Assembly: GCA_000320545.1 (NCBI GenBank)
Contig: ADNK01000763.1
Coordinates: forward strand, 1-51,192
Direction of reading: 5' to 3'
DNA: 51,192 nucleotides
Origin: Bigelowiella natans CCMP2755
Lineage: Eukaryota; Protista; Cercozoa
Shown here: positions 27,646-42,563 of the stretch, in pieces
Layout of the letters: each line of letters opens with the position of its first letter
Numbering within the stretch: the first letter of the stretch is position 1
Translations under genes and position numbers: made by a program
Notes under the pieces: model-generated
What the model was told of the DNA's origin: nothing
Databases searched by the model: none
What the model saw: only the letters and a program-made list of their open reading frames with translations

Positions 27646-28297
27646 GGGTCGTGAGCCACTTCCTCTGCAGGGGGCTGTGTACCCCTTCAGTCAGTCGTCG
27701 TGGAGGGTTGTCCTGTCCTGGTCTCTGCCCTTGCTGCTGATCAGGCAATATTTTAACCTGATAATATCTTATACATACATCCAAATATATGATAAACCAT
27801 ATCTTACGAAGAAACAAACGAATCTCTCCGCCCTTATTGTTTGATTTCACACATCCAAATAAGATAAACTGCCGTATATATTCTTGCCGAAAATATCGAC
27901 CAAAAACACGATTGCCATTGGACCGGAGGAGGGAGTTCCGAAAGGAAAATCTTCCCTCGAGGAAAGAAAACCATTCGTATTCTTTGCGCGACATCCTTAT
28001 TTTGTTGTCGCATGGATGCACTCACCAGCATTTCCCTCCGGATCACGTTGTGCCACCGCGCGGTGGTTAGATCCGAAGCAGCGCCATGAGGTGACCAAGA
28101 GGGAAAGGAGGACCTGGAGGGGGGGGGGGGGTGGGGATAACAGAGGGAAATATAAAGAAGATGAGAGAAGAATTTGAATTGTCATCGATGATCGCTGGGA
28201 AATCTTTGTTGGAACTCACCTTTTGTGATTCAAAGAGTTTTCATGAAAATTTCTCAGATTCTTTTTTGTGTGCTGTTTATACTGGTGCAGACGATGC

Positions 28298-29548
28298 ATG
28301 TCAGTAACTCTCCGCAAGCTCGCTGCGATGGGCAAATATGACAGGCGGCGGATAGGTGGTGGGACCATTAGATTTGTGCGCTACTTCTCCGACAGCAAGG
28401 AGTTTACATTAGAGGTACATGGACACAATCAGTAACAGTTCGAAGAAACCAAAGGAGCATGTTATTCGCGATCTAGGTGCCACAAATGGGAGACTCAATC
28501 ACAGAAGGGGATGTAGCAGAACTTATTAAAGGTTTTGACTTTCTGAATTCACAAAACGCATCGTTTGAGCAGGGCACTTCATCGTTGATATTTGCACATC
28601 TCAGGGATAGGCGATACTGTAGAATTGGATGAAGTTGTAGCGATAATCGAGACAGACAAGGTAGAAACAAAGAAACGAAAATATTGTATTGTAACGCTCA
28701 CGTGATGATGTATTTGAAGGTAAATGTTGACATTCGGAGCCCGGTAGCTGGCATAGTCACCTCGATGAGTGCAGCTGAAGGTGGTTTGCTGCTGATTTAT
28801 CGGCTAACAGTGGAAGTTGTGATGTTTAAAAACGCTCCCATTTTTTAGGTGATACCGTAGAAATTGGCTCACCACTCATGGTACTGGACCTCAGCGAGGG
28901 AGCGGTAAATTTAAGACTTGTCATCTGATCACAAATATGACGGAGACTTAAATTTGTAGGTCCCTCCTCCCCCCGCACAATCCAAGCCCCCCCCCACTTC
29001 AACAACATCTGACGAGAAAGAGCTTCCGAAGCCTGCCCCGGAAATTGTGTCTGAATCAAAAGGAGAGCCTTCTTTGGCTCAGGTAGTTCCCGAACAATGA
29101 TTAGATGAACGAGTATGGCGTTGTTATTATTATAAACACGACAGAGCCAGACCCAGCATCGTGTCCCTCTTATCAAATTCCGCTATGGAAAGCGAGGTAA
29201 TTACATCCTCTCCTAGTTTACTTTTCCCCACACTCTTCATTGGATAAGGCATCTCGTAAAATTTAGAGCCCGAAGATATATCACCAGTACTACCTGAGAA
29301 AAGCGTTGGGGAGACGGCCTCTTCAGATGCTATTCCGGTTTACATCTTCAGTGACCTCACATCTGCATTGTGATCTTAAATTTACTCTTTTAATTTCCAG
29401 TTCGCGGAGCTGCCTAAGATTTATCAGCGAAAACCATTGTCAGAGGTCCAATTATTTCTCAAAACATCTTTGTGATTCTGACCAAGCGAATGATAATGCG
29501 TAGGAGGCTATCGAACTTATCAATTCTGGTGGTGCGGAACCTTACTAA
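28298..29548 (+). CDS. Mitochondrial lipoyl-domain protein fused to a KGD4/MRPS36 (YMR31)-type 2-oxoglutarate dehydrogenase adaptor; 10 exons, no acyltransferase domain
   Basis: Spliced: MSVTLRKLAAMGKYDRRRIGGGTIRFVRYFSDSKEFTLE VPQMGDSITEGDVAELIKGIGDTVELDEVVAIIETDKVNVDIRSPVAGIVTSMSAAEGDTVEIGSPLMVLDL (E2o-type lipoyl domain), a Pro-rich linker, SQTQHRVPLIKFRYGKR, then FAELPKIYQRKPLSEEAIELINSGGAEPY*. TAA at 29546-29548. Confidence 0.85.
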
Positions 29549-29599
29549 AATACGTACCTAAGCTGCAGGAAATCCTTTTTAATAAAAAATGTAAAACGC

Positions 29600-30600
29600 G
29601 ACATTGCATGCTATTGTATCGCTATCTTAAGGTCTACAAGTTTCACTTAGGCATAGGAATACATGTGCATACCGATGCCAGACTTACGTACGAGGCCATA
29701 TGGCTTAATGTAGCCTGTATATGTGTACATGTTGTTGATCATATGTCTGCATGCTAGCATGGCTAGCCAGAATAAAGTGTATCTGTTTTTCGTTTCATTG
29801 TTAGTTGCGCGTCACCGATCATGCTGCGACATGCCGCTTGCATTGTGCTGCACGCGCACAACAATCAGCGCTAGACTAGTATGTACACACTAGTACTAGA
29901 GTACCGAATGCTGGCGGAAAGGTCTATTGGTTGTTTCTGCCAAGCTAGCAAGGTCACAATCCACAAAGGCTATAAGCTAGTAAGGCTAGCAGGTCAAACA
30001 ACAGTTGTTCCAGAGATGGGGTGCAACGTTGTCAATTCTGTCCACCGACACTAGCTAGGACACGTTGTCCGCAGCAAACTTGCACTTGCATGCATGCAGG
30101 CTAGCAGGACAATGTGGACCTTCATGCACCAGCAAGCTAGCCAGCGATTCCACTCATCCATTTGTCATGATTTTGCAGTGTTTATTTCAACGATGCTCTG
30201 CTAGCCTGGCTAGAGGCTTCTGCAATGTGCATGGGCAATGCTAGAATGGCGCGATGCTCTGGCGATGATATTTTTGCCATGTCATTTTGACAAAAGCTAG
30301 AAAGATCATTTTGATGTAAGACACGTGCTGTGCCCATGATTTTTGTCATGTCATTCTAGCAATTCATTCCAGCAGCAGCTAGAGCAGGCTAGCAGGTCCG
30401 CAGCAGGTGAAAATTTGGGTTGTGAATCTTGGGGCATTTTCCCTGCCACGAGCAGATAGGAATTCAAAATAACAGGCTAGCAGGGGTCAGGCATGTGGTC
30501 TGCTGCACACATGTATGTAGCAGCGCATAAGCTCACTGTCATTATCACAGCAAGACTAACATGCCGGTTGTGAAAAGAGAACATTTGATTTTGTGTTGTT
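29600..30600. repeat. GCTAGC/CATG/TGCA-rich tract between convergent gene ends
   Basis: catgctagcatg, repeated ggctagcagg, and CAAGCTAGCAAG at 29941-29952. Confidence 0.55.
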
Positions 30601-30650
30601 TTGTTTGATCATGGTTACGACATGGATTTTCTTGCTTGTACAGCAAACAT

Positions 30651-35269
<4,619 letters not shown>

Positions 35270-35627
35270 CTTTTTGTATGCTGTAGTTCAGTGAGGTGTT
35301 AAATGGCGAGGGGAGGTGATGTAGGACTAGTCCCTTTGTGTGGGGTTTGATTATCAGAATCTTCAGATGTTCTATGCAAATATGTACCAGTGCATATCAT
35401 TCATTATGCTGGTATGTGTCGAAAAATATATAGTCGCAAAGAATAAATACTATCCTTTTTTATAAATATCCACGATTCGAAATAGAAAAAAGGAATTAAT
35501 CGAATAAGTTCCACTTGATTTGCGCGCCAGATTGAGCATGTTGTCTTAATGTAGGATATTTATAAGTGAAGACATCAAAAAATAAGAAAAATATCGTGAA
35601 AATCACTTTCAATTTGCCAATGAAGTC

Positions 35628-35668
35628 TTTCCCGCCACATCGGAAAGGAAAGTGCAAAAGGCGGGAAA
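35628..35668. promoter_or_regulatory. Inverted pair of E2F/DP binding sites in the MCM5/CDP-DAG synthase divergent promoter
   Basis: TTTCCCGCC at 35628-35636 and its exact reverse complement GGCGGGAAA at 35660-35668, about 360-400 bp upstream of the MCM5 ATG. Both match TTTSSCGC. Confidence 0.65.
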
Positions 35669-36000
35669 CAGGAAATGCAGAACCCGCGCAAATTTTTTCA
35701 TCATTGTCGTCTTTGATGAATGACAGCTGACAGCTCCTCTTGAAAATACCGGATACTAACTGGGCATAGATCTAGTTGTGATTCCTTGATTCCCTTTTTT
35801 TCGAGAGCTGGAACTTTCTTCGGCTAAATACTTGGCAGTGCATGACGGCAAAACCGCTCATTTATAAGATAATTCAGTGATTTTGGATGTCGCATGAAAT
35901 AAGTAGTCGATTGTACTAGGATTCTTGAATGGGTCGTTGCCGATATTCAGCCTGAAACGGAAACATCACTACGAATCGAGTCCGACGATTAACCTCTCCC

Positions 36001-38103
36001 ATGCCGAATAATGACGAGCCTGAAACTAAAGAGCTCAAGCTCAAACGCGTAATGTCACGGAAAAGCATGGCAACTAAATCTAAAGTGGACTTATGCAGGT
36101 AATTTTAGATCTGCTTCGTTGTTTTTGACGTTCGACTTACTCTTCATTTGTTCAGGGAAAAATTCCGTGAATTAACACAGAAGTTGATCGACGAGACGGA
36201 AACGTCCACTGCGTACTTTGAGAGTTATTATGAAAAGTTCTCTACTTCACTGCAAGCCAAAAAGGAAGAATCAAAACGAGATGCCTGGGTATCTAACAAA
36301 TTTGAACGTATGACATTTTCCTTAATGTAAATGTTGCTGATCCAGATGGAAGAAATGAAGAAGCAGCTCATCGCACTTGAGAAGGTAGATAAATCCTGCA
36401 GTCATTCATGCCTTTCTTTGACATATCCATACAACAGACGCTGAAACAGTTGGAAAATGGTCCTGCGCTGAAGGAGAAAGAAAAAATCAAGGAGCAGACC
36501 GAGAAGAAAGAGCCGAAGAAATCCAATATTCAGAAACTTCTTACACGTCTACTATTTGGATTCATGATGATATTTGGGTAATTCTGTGAAGACATCATAG
36601 TTCTAAGTGCTTTCTAATTCACTTTATTCGGTAGATTCCTGGGAATCATAAACGCTGGCCACTTGTATGTATGTTTGCTCGTGGCCTTCCTCCAGATTCT
36701 TACATTTAGAGAGTTAGCGAACGTTCGTTTCAAGGCTTACAAAGCTCGTCATGTAATTATTTTATACAAATCAATATAAAACATTTCTGATCAGAATTTG
36801 GTAGGTTCCGATGTTCAGAACTATCCAATGGGGATGGTTCTATACGGCAATGTTTTACGTCTACAGTGACGGGATGCAGGGAATCTTTATGGTAGAAGAA
36901 GTATCTTCAATTATTCTGACCAAAAAGACTGAACAGTTGATGCTTTTAAACATAGTACTTCTCGAAGACCAACGAAAACCAGATAGCCTCCTTGCACACG
37001 TTCCTGAGTTTCAGCTTGTATGCGTCAATGTTTTGTATTACAGTCTTAAGGTTGGGCTTTAAATATGTGTACCTTTACGTCTGAGATTCATTAAAGAAAC
37101 TTATTTGTTTGTGCAGTTTCAAAAAAGGGTTTTACAAGTATCAAATGAAGCAGCTCGCCTGGACCTTTATCACGGTGTTCATGATCGTATTTCAGATGAA
37201 GTTTGCAATAGATAATATAAAGGCCGGAATGTTTTGGTTTCTCCTGCCATGTTCCCTGGTTATCTGCAACGACTGCATGGGTAGTGTCATTTAAATATGA
37301 TGATATGAGACATGGGCTAACATATTGTTGTTTTGAAGCTTATTTCTCTGGAAAAGCATTTGGCAAGAAGCTTATTAATTATCCATTTATGAAGCTTTCT
37401 CCAAACAAGACATGGGAGGGTAAGCAAAGATTCCCATCTATTTCGAATGGCATGTAATAATCATCGCCTTAGGTTTCATCGGCGCATACATTTTCACCTG
37501 TATCTTTGCTTTCGTCTACCCGTTGATCCTGGTGAAGTTTCGTTGGATTTTATGCACTCTCGGTACTCCACATTCTCTCTATAAAAGAGTTCCTCCATAG
37601 ATCTGATTTCTTGTCACACAGCCGACCTTGACAACGATCCTAGCGGAGCAACGTGTGAGATTGATAAGGTTTTCCTTCCAGAGGAATATGACATACCACC
37701 TTTCTTCACGGGAATTCTTGGAATCGAAAGCGTCCGTATGCTTCCAGTGCAGATGCATAGCGTACTGTTGGGAATGTTTGCAAGGTACATATAAACATGA
37801 TATTTGACCTCTCTCCTCCTTATATTGTGCCTCTTTCCTTTTCCCAGCCTTGTGGCTCCTTTTGGTGGATTTTTTGCCTCTGCAATAAAGAGAGCGTATG
37901 ACATAAAGGATTTCGATGCTCTGATTCCCGGTCACGGCGGCATTATGGTACCCAGCCAGTGAATAAATTGCGTCGGTAGGAAGCACTCACCTAGTGGTGT
38001 TGTTTTGCAGGACCGCATGGATTGCCAGTTCATCATGGCTATGGCCACTGGTGTGCATTATACCACTTTCATTCGACCAAAAGCAACCTGTCAGTGCAGG
38101 TGA
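36001..38103 (+). CDS. CDS1: Phosphatidate cytidylyltransferase (CDP-diacylglycerol synthase), eukaryotic type, with a charged helical N-terminal extension
   Basis: Spliced motifs: FRTIQWGWF; [16 protein letters not shown]; [28 protein letters not shown]; [13 protein letters not shown]; [43 protein letters not shown]. Several hydrophobic segments. The 3' end could extend if 38100 is a splice donor. Confidence 0.92.
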
Positions 38104-38159
38104 TAAGTATTCTATCTCACATGTGTTTTGATCGGAATTACCAACGATATTGAAGTTTG

Positions 38160-38860
38160 TGCGAACATGTTGCACATGTGTAACAAGCTATTGACTCAAG
38201 ACAAGAATACAAACAAGAAGAGTGTAGCGTAACATCAATTGCAGTGCAAATATGAAACATGTTCTGTCTAGCGTAGCTAGCCAGCAACTATTCACCACAC
38301 TAGAAAAACAATCAATCGTCTCCTTGCATTCTGATTTTTGAAATGTAAACGAGATGAAAGTTTACTCCTCATTGCATCATTCCAGCTTGTCTAGTTGTGC
38401 ATGCTATCTAGCTACACGCACTTCTATTTGCGCATATGTGTATGTGGCGCGGCGGTACTACATGCACTGCAGAGTCTGTCTAGCTGTGCTAGAATGTAAT
38501 GAGCATCGAGTGAAACAGTAAGTCTAGTATCACATGACATGCTAGCATGTATTAAGATCTGCCACACATCTAGACATGCTACAGGCAGTCACATTCTCAG
38601 AGCGTATCGATGCTGCACTCCATCAGCTGTGCATGCCTAGCGCTAGCTAGATGTATATATGTATTATGGCATAGCTAGATAGCTATAGTGTTAAACATAG
38701 TGCCGCCAGCCTATGTGCTGCGTAGGCTGCACGCGTGCTAGCTGACGTCAGCATTCTAACAGCATGCGATGCGGTGATGTGTACGTCTACTATTGAAAGA
38801 CGTTGCGTGTTTTCGTAAAAGGCGTGCTTGCTGAAAGCAGGCGCCTCCGCAGCGTAAATA
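38160..38860. repeat. CTAG/CATG/TGCA-rich tract between convergent gene ends
   Basis: gtagctagcc, catgctagcatg, cgctagctaga, and many tctag/catg/tgca words. Confidence 0.5.
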
Positions 38861-39106
38861 TTTTTTTAAAATTAGCACATGGACATATTTACATCTGGCG
38901 TTTAACATAGAAATTCAATGAACAGAATTACATACAACCTATATGACGTTTATATTTTTTTATTCATTTACAGACTATTTCCACTTTCTCTTTTAGAAGG
39001 ATTCCCTCCTAGCACTAGTGTCGTCATTCAAATGTAACGAACTTGGAACACTAATTTCTCTTGAGGAAAGAAGCCGAAATCCATCTTATTTTAAAGTTAT
39101 GATAAT

Positions 39107-42106
39107 TTAGATCTTCCCATTTTCTCTACCCTCTTTCCAGTAATTATAGGTCTCCTTAATGACACTCATGGCCTTCAGTGGGCCCTCCATCTCATCATTA
39201 GTGAGCTCATTGACAGCCTTACCTTCAGCAGTCTTATACATCTTGAGCCAGTCTGCCAAACGATCTTTCACGGCTGCGTCAATATCAGCTTCGGTATGCA
39301 TGGAGCTAGCGAGTGGGTCATCCTTGTTAATCACGATAATCTTGTAGTCAACCTCTCCCTGGTCAATGAGGGAATAGATGCCAAGAACCTTCACTTGAAC
39401 CACGGAACCTGTAGGTAGCTGCCTTGACCCGATCTCCATTACATCCAAAGGATCTCCGTCGCCGCTATGCCCGGCTTGGTCTTTCTTAGCTGGATTCTCC
39501 CATGTCTGTGGAAGCATACCGTAGTTGAAGAAGGGCACTCCATATTTGTAGTATCGAGGCTTTCCCTTTTTCGTATCCTGCTTGATGGGGTTGAATTCAG
39601 TCTCCTTGTTGACCTCGAGCTTCTCCATGCGCCCCATCGGAATCTCGACCATCATGGTGACAATTCTATCGGCTTGGGAGTGATCCTGGGAGTGCGGGTA
39701 TACAGGAACGTCGTGCCATGGAGAGATTCGTTCGCCGTTAGCATTCTGGAAGTACAGAGTCCAGGAAGGCTTGCCAAACTTGCCCATGGTGACGAAGTCC
39801 CCAGGAGCAATGAGAGGCTCAGACATCATGCGAGAGTATCCGATCCACTTCGTATTTGCAGGATCCTGGTAGTATTGAATCATTAGTTCCCAGCCGCGCT
39901 TCACCATAAATCCGTTAGGGATACAAGGCTTGGTTTCTTCCCAGTTGGCAGGGATACTGTCTGGACATGGCGGAGCTCCTTTCTTTGCAAGGGCACGCAT
40001 GGTGGATCCGGAGATAGAAAGGAAGTCAGACTTACGATTTTTGTCAGGGGGCTTCATCTTGTTGTCGAGCTTGTCATACACGACCTTGGAGAAGGAAAGA
40101 ATCTTCATCTCTCCCATGCCAGGAGATGTTTGAAGCACATAGCGTCCATGGTTTCCGTCGTAAAAGTCTCCCCCGACCTGCATCTGATTCTCGTTCTTGG
40201 ACCTCTTGATACCCGCAGGATCGCGGCCCGTGATGAAGAAACGGGCGCCGACGTTACGTCGAGATTTACAATGCCACTGGACTTCGGTTGGTCCAGCGTA
40301 GATCATAGGAGAGGGCCAGATTGCCATCACAGTGTCAGAAGGAAGCATTCCCTCCTCAATGATTACCTGATGCTGATGGATTCGCACATCCAGAGGCATG
40401 TCGTCGTCCTTGGTCCAGCCTCCAAGAGGAGTAAGCCAAAGAAGCGGTTTCTTATACCCCATAGCCTTCAGCTGGCGCCCAGCATCCTGCATTAGGTAAG
40501 CATGGCCAGCATGCGTCGGGTTTCGAGTCTGGAAGGCGTACACTGCATCGGTCCCCGAAGCGATGAAGCGCTCTCGAAGCTCTTGAGGAGTCAATCGGTA
40601 AGGATCAAGCCCATCATTGTAGCGGATACGTTCAAGCAGCTCGATCTCACCGCCAAGGAGGTAAGGACCAGCTGCCATCATTTCTTTGATGTAAGGATGG
40701 TCAGGGTCCATGCCACCGAAGACTCTGCTGATAACCTCCTCCTTTCTGAAATCGTAGATTTCTGGGTCTGTGAGAACGGCTATGGCCTTTCCGGTCGGAG
40801 CAATGAGGGTAACTTGGCGCGATGTAGTAATCAAGCTCCTAGTCGCAGCAGTGATCGGAAGGACAATTGGTACGGGCATATTGACACGGTCTCCCATCTG
40901 TAGCTTGGTGCTGTAATCGTCGAAGTTTGTTCGTAGCTGCGCAAAGTTCTGGTTACCAGTTAGATCAAATGGATCATTGAGCATAGAGTTGAAGTGGAGA
41001 GTTTGCAGAAGGACCCCTTCGCGCATGAACCCCTTCAGAGGAGCAGCCCACCCTTCTCCAATACACTGAACCCACTGGAGATCAATATCGCTCAGGAGCA
41101 CTGGAGGAAACTTAGCTGCTGCAGCGGCGGAGTACGTTGAGTACGCCGGAGGTTCCCATTGCATTCCTCCGTCAGGAGGAAGGAGAGCTGGATACCAGCT
41201 AGGAGTGTTGTCAGTTGCGGTCAGGATGCCTCTAGCCTGTAGCACCGAAATAATGGCTCGAACTCCTTCGTCAATAGTCATTTGGTGGCTTGGGAGCCGA
41301 ATGTCGGCGTTTAGGGGAGCTTCATATGGTGCGTCTAGCCCAGTAAATCCCTTGATAAGTCCCTTGCGTGCCTTCTTGTACAGACCCTTAGGGTCGCGCT
41401 GCTCAGCTGACTCGATAGGGACATCCACGAATACTTCCATGAAATCCAACTGTGCATCTTCGTGGATTTTACGAACTCGGTCGCGGTCAGCACGATAAGG
41501 ACTGATCAGAGAAGCAACGACGATGATTCCGGATTCTGCGAAGAGCTTTGCTACCTCACCAACTCGGCGTACATTCTCTGCCCTATCCTCTTTCGAGAAA
41601 CCAAGGTCAGAGTTAATTCCGAAGCGCAGGTTGTCCCCATCTAGACGATATGTATGCTTCCGAAAGTCTCGGACAAGGACCTACAAAAACCAACGAAGAT
41701 TGGTAAAAAATAGTACGATGTATCCTAGGGTGATAAATCCGACCTCCTCAAGCTTCTTTCCAATAGTAGACTTGCCTGAGCCCGAGTATCCGGTGAACCA
41801 AAGAGTGCAGCCTTTCATTCCGATGCTTTGGTAGCGCTCCTTCTTCTGCAACCCTTTTGCCCCGAACTTCTGATCCATGAAAATGTTTTTGGACTTGGTG
41901 TTTGCAGTCCCAAGGTCAGGGGTGGCGATTTTCTTGGACGCTTCGGACTTCACTCCGCTAGTTGCAACCAGTCCACTGGAGGCAACGAGGAAAATCATGG
42001 AGATCAGACATATTCCACAGAATGCAACAGTTTTGGGCCTATTCAATGTAGCGATCCGCAGGCGCCTGATCGTATGATTCAGTGTAACCTGGTTGGTGTA
42101 CGCCAT
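39107..42106 (-). CDS. PAPSS: Trifunctional PAPS synthase: APS kinase - ATP sulfurylase - family I inorganic pyrophosphatase, with an N-terminal signal anchor (about 978 aa, 2 coding exons)
   Basis: Exons 41744-42106 and 39107-41680 (63-nt GT-AG intron). APS kinase: WFTGYSGSGKST, LDGDNLRFG, RDPKGLY. ATP sulfurylase: FQTRNPTHAGH, GRDPAG. Pyrophosphatase: ISPWHDVP, NYGMLPQTWE, GDGDPLDV. Confidence 0.95.
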
Positions 42107-42563
42107 CTGACATGTATGTAGAAAATATGTCAAATCACATATTTCCTTTCTACAGAACAGCAATTAACAACTCTGTGGGAATCCGTATCATCTTGCTTAA
42201 CTCGTTTACCTTTGCTGTGCAGAGACGGGAATCCAGTGATTGGATCGTGTCAGAGGTTTGGTTTGTGGGAGTGTGTTGTGGTAGGTGAAAACAGGAGTAT
42301 GTCTCGCTGCGTGGCACTCTGTGTGTTTGTCATCACTTTGTCTGCATCGTGCTTTTAAAGATGTAGCAGGGACGCCGTAAATTTGAGCGCGAATCAATTA
42401 GAATGATCGTGTCGTTTGGTGTAAATCAATTACATAATTTCTTCTGGAATCTGACTACCCTGGTAAAAATCAGATTTTTCATCAGATCCCATAATTCCTG
42501 GGTCTGGAGGAAATCTTCCTCTGTATCTTTGAAACGACAGATATATAATGCATGTCGCTTTAC

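Noticed and set aside
28298-29548. Calling this gene DLST/KGD2 (E2o) or a truncated pseudogene
   Set aside because: There is no catalytic domain, but splicing is clean and in frame to a KGD4-like C-terminus.
39159-42121. Plus-strand ORFs overlapping PAPS synthase
   Set aside because: Antisense shadows of a long coding exon, with no recognisable domains.
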